A stretch of DNA of 64,000 bases. It comes from an uncultured Pelagibacteraceae bacterium. Its GTDB lineage: Bacteria > Pseudomonadota > Alphaproteobacteria > Pelagibacterales > Pelagibacteraceae. The notes under the pieces are model-generated. The model did no database searches and was not told the origin of the DNA. It saw nothing but the letters and a program-made list of their open reading frames with translations. Position 1 is the stretch's first letter. Every line of letters starts with the position of its first letter. The stretch is taken from NCBI GenBank assembly GCA_902589725.1, contig CACITU010000003.1, forward strand, positions 20,655-84,654, in the 5' to 3' direction. This document shows positions 40,062 to 48,448 of this stretch, in pieces. The translations under genes and the position numbers were made by a program.

Positions 40062-41003
40062 TTAAATTTCATATCCTTTTTCCTCTGGCTCATTATCAAC
40101 CAACTCATCAGGAAAACCATTAGCTCTAAAATTAATATTATTTAAATCCTCCATCCTTTTCACAATCATTGATGACCAAGCTCTGGAACCAAATTTTTTT
40201 TGACCATCTTTAAAAATTTCAACTATTTGTGGAGAAATTTCTAGTGGAGCATTTAGTCTTTTTGCAAGATTATCAAATAGAGTTGTGTCTTTTAAAACTA
40301 AATCCATTGTAAAATTTATATTGTAAGATCCATTTAATATCACCTGACTTTCAGTTTCATGTACAAATGAATTACCAGATGAAATGGCAATTCCTTTATA
40401 AGTTTTTGATAGATCCAAATTAGATTTTTTTGCTACAGTCCAAGCCTCACCTAATGCAACTAAATGAACAGATGCTAGATAATTTGTAATTACTTTTAAT
40501 ACACTTGCTGTACCAAGCTCACCAGTGTGCAATATTTTTCTCCCCATAACAGTTAATGCAGGTAAAATTTTTTCAAATGCTTTTCTTTCTCCACCAACGA
40601 ATATAGCAATATTGCCTGTTGCTGCTCTATGACATCCACCGCTCACAGGTCCATCCATCGGAGTAGCCTTTTTTTCTATTACTTTTTTCCCAAGTCTTTT
40701 AACTTCATTTTCATCTGTGGTACTCATTTCTAGCCAAATTTTATTTTCTGATAAACCACTTAGAATTCCATCTTCACTTTCCATAACTTCTGCTGAAACC
40801 TTAGGAGAAGGAAGAGAGGTAATGATTAAATCGGATTGTTCAGCTAATTCTTTTGGGGACTTTGCAACTTTAGCACCTAAGTCTTTCAAAGAATTTGTTA
40901 AACGTTTATCTAAATCTCTTACTGTAAGATCAAAGTTATTTCTTAATAAACTTACTGCAAGTTTTCCTCCAACATTACCTAAACCGATAAATCCAATTTT
41001 CAT
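40062..41003 (-). CDS. Beta-hydroxyacid dehydrogenase (3-hydroxyisobutyrate DH / imine reductase-like)
   Basis: GFIGLGNVG, EMST, DGPVSGG, KVITNYL, FTMDLVLKD. Confidence 0.87.
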   Translation of the reverse strand: MKIGFIGLGNVGGKLAVSLLRNNFDLTVRDLDKRLTNSLKDLGAKVAKSPKELAEQSDLIITSLPSPKVSAEVMESEDGILSGLSENKIWLEMSTTDENEVKRLGKKVIEKKATPMDGPVSGGCHRAATGNIAIFVGGERKAFEKILPALTVMGRKILHTGELGTASVLKVITNYLASVHLVALGEAWTVAKKSNLDLSKTYKGIAISSGNSFVHETESQVILNGSYNINFTMDLVLKDTTLFDNLAKRLNAPLEISPQIVEIFKDGQKKFGSRAWSSMIVKRMEDLNNINFRANGFPDELVDNEPEEKGYEI

Positions 41004-41872
41004 TTTATTTCCTCTTCTTTCTTGTTTTTTTTAAATACAATTAAAATCACACCAACTATGATTATTGCACCGCCAATAAATAATTCTGGAGTTGGTTTTT
41101 CACCTAAAAGAAATATTGCAGCCAATAAACCTGTTGGTGGTATCCCCATTGTTACAATAGGTAGCACTTTATAAAGTGGGTTATTTTTTAAAACATAATA
41201 GAAACAACCGTAAGTAATTGGTTGCATGATGAAACCAATATAAATAGCAATAATCCAATGATCAAATTTTGCATTTGTTAAATAATTAATTGTGTTTCCA
41301 TCAATTATTGCAGATAGCATTACTAATATTGGTCCAGAGAATAATGCTAACCAAGCAACTAAAGCTATAGGATTAATTTCTTTACTTAAAGGTTTAACCA
41401 TAACTTGTCCAAGAGCCCATATAGCAGAGCCTAAAATTGTAAGTCCAATTCCAATAAACTTTCCATCTAAGTTAGGAGATCCAGTTAAAATATAAACACC
41501 AACAAATGCAACAGCTATACCTATTAAAGCTCTAATAGTTGGTTTTTCTTTAAGCATGAAGTAAGCAAAAATAACTCCAAACGGAACTTCCATCTGAACC
41601 AAAAGAACTGCTGAAGATGCATCAATTAAATCTAAACCAGTATATGTAATGCTATATTGTAGAGTATTAGCCACCAATGATGCAGCAAAAATTCTTTTTA
41701 AATATCCTTTTGGAATTGGAAACCACCAAATTAACAATGAAGCAGCAAATGTAAATCTGATACCCATTAAAAGAATAGGAGGAAAAGACTCAAAAGCTGG
41801 TTTAGCTATAACAAAACCAAAGCCTAAAAAAATAGGCACCAAGGATGCTACGAAAGTATCTTTTATATTCAT
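41000..41872 (-). CDS. EamA/DMT family transporter
   Basis: PPILLMGIRF, LKEK, LLGEKPT; hydrophobic. Confidence 0.87.
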   Translation of the reverse strand: MNIKDTFVASLVPIFLGFGFVIAKPAFESFPPILLMGIRFTFAASLLIWWFPIPKGYLKRIFAASLVANTLQYSITYTGLDLIDASSAVLLVQMEVPFGVIFAYFMLKEKPTIRALIGIAVAFVGVYILTGSPNLDGKFIGIGLTILGSAIWALGQVMVKPLSKEINPIALVAWLALFSGPILVMLSAIIDGNTINYLTNAKFDHWIIAIYIGFIMQPITYGCFYYVLKNNPLYKVLPIVTMGIPPTGLLAAIFLLGEKPTPELFIGGAIIIVGVILIVFKKNKKEEEIK

Positions 41873-41930
41873 ACCTATTTTTTATATTAATGATTATTAA
41901 AGAACTTCTGATATATTCAACTTTTAAAAT

Positions 41931-42677
41931 ATGAATTCAACAAAAATAGATCCTAAATACATTACGAAATCTAATCCAAGAATTGGACTTATTGCGCTTG
42001 CAAGCGATTTTATGATTGAAAGAGATTTTATAAACGTAATTAAAGATAGAGAAGTTGATTTTTTTGTAAATCGTATCGAATGCTACAACCCACTAACAAA
42101 AGAAAATTTGATCAAAATGTCGAGCAAAGTTACTGAGGTAACAAAAGATATATTGCCTGATCAAGATATCGATTGTGTTGTTTATGGCTGTACATCTGGA
42201 ACAATAGCTGCCGGTTATGAATCTATAGAGAAAAAAGTAAAAGCTGCAAAACCTATGGCAGAAGTGACAACTCCAAGTACTGCTGCAATCAAAGCTTTAA
42301 AGAAATTAAATATAAATAAAATATGTCTATTTACACCTTATAGCAAAAAACTTAACGATGAAGTTTTGGAATATTTTAAAGGTGAAGGATTTGTAATTAC
42401 TTCGAATTCTTACTTTGATATAGAGGCTGATTACGATATTGGAAAAGTTGATCAGAATTATTTATATAATGTTCTATCTGAAATAGATTTAAATGGGGCA
42501 GAGGCACTCTTTGTTTCTTGTACCGCTTTACCAGTATTACCAATAATTGATAAATTAGAGAAAAAATTAAATACTACAGTTTTATCTAGCAACCAGGCTT
42601 TAATTTGGGATACGCTTGTTAAAATAAATAAAAATAATTCTGTCGAGGGATTTGGTAAATTATTTAAAGAAAATTAA
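41931..42677 (+). CDS. Asp/Glu racemase / maleate isomerase family protein (EutA-like)
   Basis: RIGLIALASD, YGCTSG, FTPY, VSCTAL, SSNQA; precedes the ectoine hydrolase gene. Confidence 0.82.
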   Translation: MNSTKIDPKYITKSNPRIGLIALASDFMIERDFINVIKDREVDFFVNRIECYNPLTKENLIKMSSKVTEVTKDILPDQDIDCVVYGCTSGTIAAGYESIEKKVKAAKPMAEVTTPSTAAIKALKKLNINKICLFTPYSKKLNDEVLEYFKGEGFVITSNSYFDIEADYDIGKVDQNYLYNVLSEIDLNGAEALFVSCTALPVLPIIDKLEKKLNTTVLSSNQALIWDTLVKINKNNSVEGFGKLFKEN

Positions 42678-43846
42678 TGCTTTTCACAAAAGAAGAATAC
42701 AAGCAAAGATTAAAAAAAGTTAAAAAAATGATGCAAGAAAAAGGCATCGAACTTTTAATCTCACATGACACTAACAATATGAATTACCTAACAGGTTATG
42801 ATGCTTGGTCTTTTTATTATGCGCAATGCGCTATTGTGCATATAGATGCAGATGAACCTTTATGTTTTGTTAGAGCTCAAGATGCAGGTGGCGCATATAT
42901 AAAAACTTATTTAAAAGATGAAAATATTTTAGTCTATGACGAAAATTATATTCATACATGGCCCAAACATCCTTATGACAATTTAGTAGAAATTATAAAA
43001 GAAAGGAAATGGGATAAGTTATGCATTGGATTAGAAATGGATGCGCATTACTTCACTGCATTTTGTTATGAAAAAATAAAGCAGGGATTACCTAACGCAA
43101 AAATCAAAGATAGCGATCGTCTAGTTAATTGGGCAAGGTTAGTAAAATCAGATGCCGAAATAGGTTTCATGAAATCTGCAGCAAAAATTTCAGAAAAAGG
43201 AATGAAAACTGCAATGGAAATTATTAAACCAGGCGTCAGACAGTGCGATGCGGTTGGTGAAATTCAAAAAACTTTATTTTATGGAACAGAGGAATTTGGA
43301 GGTGAATATTCTAGTATTGCAACTTTACTTCCAACAGGAAAAGGTACTTCAGCTTCACATTTAACAGCAACACAAGATAAATTTGTAGAAGGTGAGGCTA
43401 CAATTATTGAATTATCTGGTGTTTATAAGAGATATCATGCTCCGATGGCGAGAACAGTTTTGTTAGGAAAGCCTAATCAATTAAAGATTGATACAATGAA
43501 TAAAACAATTGAGGCTTTAAATGCAGGCATACGACAAATTAAACCTGGGAATACAGCAGATGATGTAGCACAAGCTTTTTGGAAAATATTAGATAAATAC
43601 GGAATAGAAAAAAAATCTAGAACAGGTTATTCAATAGGAATTGGTTATCCCCCTGATTGGGGTGAACATACACTTAATATTTATAAGGGAGATATGACAG
43701 TACTTGAGCCAAATGTTTGTTTTCATATGATAGCAGTGATGCAGTTTGGTGATTGGGGTGTTGAAGCATCTGAGGCAATAAGAGTTACAGAGAATGGATC
43801 TGAATTGTTCTGCAATTTTCCAAAAGAGCTTCATATAAAGAGTTAA
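42677..43846 (+). CDS. doeA: Ectoine hydrolase DoeA/EutD (M24 fold)
   Basis: FTKEEY..RL, LTGYDAWSFY, LVNWAR.VKS, SRTGYSIGIGYPPDWGE. Confidence 0.85.
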   Translation: MLFTKEEYKQRLKKVKKMMQEKGIELLISHDTNNMNYLTGYDAWSFYYAQCAIVHIDADEPLCFVRAQDAGGAYIKTYLKDENILVYDENYIHTWPKHPYDNLVEIIKERKWDKLCIGLEMDAHYFTAFCYEKIKQGLPNAKIKDSDRLVNWARLVKSDAEIGFMKSAAKISEKGMKTAMEIIKPGVRQCDAVGEIQKTLFYGTEEFGGEYSSIATLLPTGKGTSASHLTATQDKFVEGEATIIELSGVYKRYHAPMARTVLLGKPNQLKIDTMNKTIEALNAGIRQIKPGNTADDVAQAFWKILDKYGIEKKSRTGYSIGIGYPPDWGEHTLNIYKGDMTVLEPNVCFHMIAVMQFGDWGVEASEAIRVTENGSELFCNFPKELHIKS

Positions 43847-43891
43847 TTAGCTATTGAAATCTATTTACACAAATGTTTTATATTCACTTTT

Positions 43892-44977
43892 ATGTCTAAA
43901 AATCCAGAGTTTGTAAAATTCGATAAAGTAGATAAAAGTTATGACGGTAAAGTTCTTGTCGTAAAAGATCTTCAATTAGATATTGCTGAAGGTGAATTCA
44001 TAACAATGCTTGGTCCATCTGGTTCAGGTAAAACAACGTGTCTAATGATGTTGGCTGGTTTTGAAACACCAACTCACGGTGAAATATTATTAGATGGAAA
44101 TATAATTTCTAACATTCCACCACATAAGAGAGGTATAGGTATGGTTTTCCAAAACTACGCCTTGTTTCCACATATGACAGTTTATGAAAATTTAGCTTTC
44201 CCATTAAGAGTAAGAAAAGTTGCAAAAGATGAAATAGATAAAAAAGTTGATAAAGCTTTATCGATGGTTTCACTTAACGGTTTTGAAACTAGAATGCCAG
44301 CTCAGCTATCAGGTGGTCAACAACAAAGGGTAGCAGTTGCTAGAGCCTTGGTATTTGATCCAGCAGTTGTTTTGATGGATGAACCATTAGGAGCATTAGA
44401 TAAAAATTTAAGAGAAAGCATGCAATATGAAATTAAACACATTCATGAAAGCATCGGTGTTACAGTAGTATATGTAACGCATGATCAAAGTGAAGCATTA
44501 ACTATGTCAAATAGAATTGCTGTATTTAATGATGGAAAAGTTCAACAACTTTCAAATCCTGCTGAGCTTTATGAAAAACCTGTAAATTCATTTGTTGCAG
44601 AGTTTATTGGTGAAAATAATACTTTTAATGGAGAAATAGTAGATATTGATAAAGATAAGTGTAAAGTTAAATTAGATAATTCAGAAATATTAGCTAATCC
44701 TATATCAGTAAAGTCTAAAGGTGAAAAAACTACTGTTTCATTGAGACCCGAAAGAGCATTAATAAATCCAAGTGAAAAAATGGATAATATGTTTACTGGT
44801 AAGATTGAAGAAGTAATTTATCATGGAGATCATACAAGGGTTAGATTAAATCTTTTAGGTAGCTCTGAGTTTATTCTTAAGGTCCCAAACAGTACATCCA
44901 ATTTAGAATTAAAAGTTAGTCAAGATATAAATATTGGATGGAATAGTGTTGATGCTAGAGCATTAGATCCAAAATAA
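43892..44977 (+). CDS. potA: PotA-family ABC ATP-binding protein
   Basis: LGPSGSGKTT, VFQNYALFPHM, LSGGQQQR, DEPLGALDK, C-terminal TOBE domain. Confidence 0.92.
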   Translation: MSKNPEFVKFDKVDKSYDGKVLVVKDLQLDIAEGEFITMLGPSGSGKTTCLMMLAGFETPTHGEILLDGNIISNIPPHKRGIGMVFQNYALFPHMTVYENLAFPLRVRKVAKDEIDKKVDKALSMVSLNGFETRMPAQLSGGQQQRVAVARALVFDPAVVLMDEPLGALDKNLRESMQYEIKHIHESIGVTVVYVTHDQSEALTMSNRIAVFNDGKVQQLSNPAELYEKPVNSFVAEFIGENNTFNGEIVDIDKDKCKVKLDNSEILANPISVKSKGEKTTVSLRPERALINPSEKMDNMFTGKIEEVIYHGDHTRVRLNLLGSSEFILKVPNSTSNLELKVSQDINIGWNSVDARALDPK

Positions 44978-45030
44978 TCCCATTTAAAAATATATATATT
45001 TAATTCAAGTATCTAACGACAAATCAGCTG

Positions 45031-45102
45031 TTGACTTAATCATTCCTATTTGTTGTACTTTTACTTATATAAATTAATTTATATCAACGTTTAAACGGAG
45101 GA
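45031..45102 (+). promoter_or_regulatory. Possible internal sigma70 promoter and strong SD for the binding-protein gene
   Basis: TTGACT at 45031, TACTTT-like -10 near 45056, GGAGGA SD before ATG 45106. Confidence 0.4.
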
Positions 45103-45105
45103 ATA

Positions 45106-46221
45106 ATGAGAAAAATAAGTAAATTATTACTTGCTCTTTCTTTTGTTGTATCTCTAACATCTTCAGCCTTTGCTGTTACTGTAGCATCATGGGGTGGAGC
45201 TTATACAGAGTCTCAAAAGCTAGGGTATGGTGATCCAACTGCTAAAGCATTAGGAATAGATATCAATTGGGTAGACTATTCTGGTGGTTTATCAGAGATC
45301 AAAGCACAGAAAGAAGCAGGTGCTATCACTTGGGATATCATAGATGTATTTGCATTCGATACTATTAACGGATGTGACGAAGGTATATTTGTTAAATTTG
45401 ATTTTGACAAAGATTTCCCAGCAGCACCAGATGGAACTAAAGCAAGTGAAGATTTCTTCGCACCAATGCCGAGTGAATGTGCTGTAGGTAACATTTTATA
45501 TTCTTGGAACTATGCTTATAACAAAAACAATCTTAAAGGCACTCCAAAAACTATTAAAGATTTCTTTAATACTAAAAAGTTTCCTGGAAAAAGAGCTATC
45601 TATAAAAGTGCTTTAACTAATTTAGAAATCGCTTTAGCAGCAGATGGTGTTAAGCTAGGTGACGGCGGAACTAGAGTTTACAGAAAACTTCTAGAAGACG
45701 GTGGAATCGACAGAGCGATGGATAAAATTAAAAAATTATGTACAGATCCAAATGGTGGATGTGTATTCTGGTCAGCAGGTGCTCAACCACCAGAACTTTT
45801 AATGAGTGGTGAAGTTGTTATGGCAACTGGCTGGAACGGAAGATTTTTTAATGCAATAGTTGGTGAAGGTGCACCACTTGTACAAGTATGGGATGGTCAA
45901 GGTCTTGATTATGAATACTTTGCACTAGTTAAAGGTGGACCAAACGAAGCTGATGCTAAGAAAGCTCTTGCAATGATGACTAACACAGAAATGTTAGCTG
46001 GAAGTGCGAAGTATATTGCTTATGCACCATACAGAAAGTCATCTCTTGATGTAATTACTGCTGGTGAGCCTTGGTACAAAGATGGTAAAACTGAAATGAT
46101 GCCACAGATGCCAACAGCTCCAGCAAATACTAAGAATTATTTCTTAGTAGACCCATTCTTCTGGGCTGATAACAATACTGAGATCAGCGAGAAGTGGGAA
46201 GCAATGAAAGCAGGACTATAA
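45106..46221 (+). CDS. potD: PotD-family ABC substrate-binding protein (polyamine/osmolyte)
   Basis: Signal peptide, ASWGGAY, FPGKRA, LEIALAADGV, WNGRFF. Confidence 0.85.
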   Translation: MRKISKLLLALSFVVSLTSSAFAVTVASWGGAYTESQKLGYGDPTAKALGIDINWVDYSGGLSEIKAQKEAGAITWDIIDVFAFDTINGCDEGIFVKFDFDKDFPAAPDGTKASEDFFAPMPSECAVGNILYSWNYAYNKNNLKGTPKTIKDFFNTKKFPGKRAIYKSALTNLEIALAADGVKLGDGGTRVYRKLLEDGGIDRAMDKIKKLCTDPNGGCVFWSAGAQPPELLMSGEVVMATGWNGRFFNAIVGEGAPLVQVWDGQGLDYEYFALVKGGPNEADAKKALAMMTNTEMLAGSAKYIAYAPYRKSSLDVITAGEPWYKDGKTEMMPQMPTAPANTKNYFLVDPFFWADNNTEISEKWEAMKAGL

Positions 46222-46256
46222 TTTCAGTTTTAAACACTGAATTTATATAATATATT

Positions 46257-46289
46257 TAGGGCGGTTATTTTTAACCGCCCTATTTTTTT
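46257..46289 (+). terminator. Intrinsic terminator or stabilising hairpin after the binding-protein gene
   Basis: TAGGGCGGTTA-TTTT-TAACCGCCCTA followed by T7. Confidence 0.85.
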
Positions 46290-47555
46290 ATGAGCTCTGA
46301 AACTAAACAAATATTAACAACTGACGGAATACCTTTAGAGGTTAGTTTAAAAAAAGCAGAAAAGAAGAATAAAATAAAAGCATTTCTTCTTGTAGCTCCA
46401 TTACTATTATTTCTTGTTATCACTTATATATTTCCAATTGGTGACATGTTTATGAGGAGTGTTGATGACAGAATGGTGACCAATATGCTTCCAAAAACTT
46501 TCAAAGCAATGGAAAAATGGGAAAACCTTGAGGAATTACCACCCGAAGAAGTATACAGAGGATTTTATGAAGATTATAAAGTACTTGTTGAGAAGCAAGA
46601 GCATGGAAAATTAGGACAAAGGTTAAATAAAGAAAAAAATGGTTTTAATACAATTACTAAAAGACTTTTTAGACAAATAAAAAGAAATAAAATTGATGAA
46701 AGCATTAGTATAAAAGAACAAATTAACAAAATTCATAAGAGATGGAGAAATGTAGAGTTTTGGTTAGCAATTAAAAGAACTGCCCCACCTTATACAATGG
46801 CAAAGTATTTGAAGGGTATGGATATGTATGTTGCTTCTGATGGTAGTATAGCTCAAGTAGATGAAGACAGAAGAATTCACAGAATTTTATGGCTCAGAAC
46901 ATTAGAAATAGCGTTTTTTGTTACACTTTTTAGCTTTTTTATGGGTTATCCAATAGCTCATTTATTGGCAACACTTCCTATGAAGTACAGCAATCTATTG
47001 ATGATTTGTGTATTACTCCCATTCTGGACATCTTTGCTGGTCAGAACTGCAAGTTGGATGATCTTATTACAGCAGCAAGGAGTGGTAAATGATTTTTTTG
47101 TAATGATTGGTTTAGTTGGAGACGATAACCGGCCGGAGATGATGTACAATAAAGTTGGAACTTACGTTGCGATGACACAAATATTATTACCTTTTATGGT
47201 TCTACCTTTATACAGTGTCATGAAAACAATTTCACCAAGTTTAATGAGAGCAGGAAAATCATTAGGTGGAACACCTTTCGTTGCTTTTTGGAAAGTTTAC
47301 TTTCCTTTAACTATTCCGGGAATAGGAGCTGGATGTTTATTAGTTTTTATTTTAGCGATAGGATACTACATAACCCCAGCTTTAGTTGGTGGAGCATCAG
47401 GAACTTTAATAAGTAATCAAATTGCATTTCATATGAAGACAACTCTTGATTGGAGCTTTGCATCAGCAATGGGATTAATGCTTTTGACAGGAGTTCTAGT
47501 TATTTATTGGATTTATAACAAATTGGTTGGAGTTGATAATATTAAATTAGGATAA
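46290..47555 (+). CDS. potB: PotB-family ABC permease with an enlarged periplasmic loop
   Basis: LLPFWTSLLVR, LPFMVLPLY, SLGG, PLTIPGI, GYYITPALVGG. Confidence 0.9.
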   Translation: MSSETKQILTTDGIPLEVSLKKAEKKNKIKAFLLVAPLLLFLVITYIFPIGDMFMRSVDDRMVTNMLPKTFKAMEKWENLEELPPEEVYRGFYEDYKVLVEKQEHGKLGQRLNKEKNGFNTITKRLFRQIKRNKIDESISIKEQINKIHKRWRNVEFWLAIKRTAPPYTMAKYLKGMDMYVASDGSIAQVDEDRRIHRILWLRTLEIAFFVTLFSFFMGYPIAHLLATLPMKYSNLLMICVLLPFWTSLLVRTASWMILLQQQGVVNDFFVMIGLVGDDNRPEMMYNKVGTYVAMTQILLPFMVLPLYSVMKTISPSLMRAGKSLGGTPFVAFWKVYFPLTIPGIGAGCLLVFILAIGYYITPALVGGASGTLISNQIAFHMKTTLDWSFASAMGLMLLTGVLVIYWIYNKLVGVDNIKLG

Positions 47556-47557
47556 TT

Positions 47558-48412
47558 ATGGCATTACCAAGTTATACAGAAACTAGATATAGAATTTGGC
47601 ATTATATTTATCTTACAATTTGTACCTTTGTTTTTTTCTTTTTGATTGCACCCTTATTTGTAATTTTTCCTTTGTCATTTAATGCAGAAGAATTTTTAGT
47701 ATTTTCTGAAGGAATGAAAAATCTTGATCCAGATGCATTTTCTCTAAGATGGTATAAAGATATGATCTATGGAACAAAAAATCCCTGGGGTCTAGCTGCA
47801 AAAAATAGTTTTATAATAGCAATATTTGCAACTATTGGATCAATTATTTTAGGAACACTTGCTGCTTTAGGATTAAGTAGCAGACATATGCCTTATAAAG
47901 GATTAATAATGGCAACTTTAATATCACCCATGATTGTTCCTTTAATTATTTCAGGTGTTGCAATTTTCTTTTTTATGGCAAAAGCTGGTTTAGCAGCAAC
48001 TCATACAGGAATAGTATTAGCTCATATAATACTTGGAACACCATTTGTAGTTATAACAGTAACAGCCACACTGTCTGGTTTTGATCATAGTGTTACGAGA
48101 GCCGCTGCAAGTTTAGGTAGTAACCCAGTTAATACATTTATGAAGATAACACTCCCATTAATATTACCTGGAGTAATATCTGGTGGGCTGTTTGCATTTG
48201 TAACATCTTTTGATGAAGTTGTAGTTGTACTATTTTTAGCAGGTTTAGAAAATACAACTATTCCAATACAGATGTGGACTGGTTTGAGAGAACAACTAAG
48301 TCCTACAATTCTTGCAGTTGCAACTTGTTTAATTCTTTTATCTACCTTGATATTAATTAGTGCAGAGTTATTAAGAAGAAGATCTGAAAGATTAAGAGGA
48401 ATAAATAGATAA
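47558..48412 (+). CDS. potC: PotC-family ABC permease
   Basis: FSLRWY, SPMIVP, AAASLG, FVTSFDEVV. Confidence 0.9.
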   Translation: MALPSYTETRYRIWHYIYLTICTFVFFFLIAPLFVIFPLSFNAEEFLVFSEGMKNLDPDAFSLRWYKDMIYGTKNPWGLAAKNSFIIAIFATIGSIILGTLAALGLSSRHMPYKGLIMATLISPMIVPLIISGVAIFFFMAKAGLAATHTGIVLAHIILGTPFVVITVTATLSGFDHSVTRAAASLGSNPVNTFMKITLPLILPGVISGGLFAFVTSFDEVVVVLFLAGLENTTIPIQMWTGLREQLSPTILAVATCLILLSTLILISAELLRRRSERLRGINR

Positions 48413-48448
48413 TTTACCCAAATAAATTATTCATATATAGAGTTCTTT

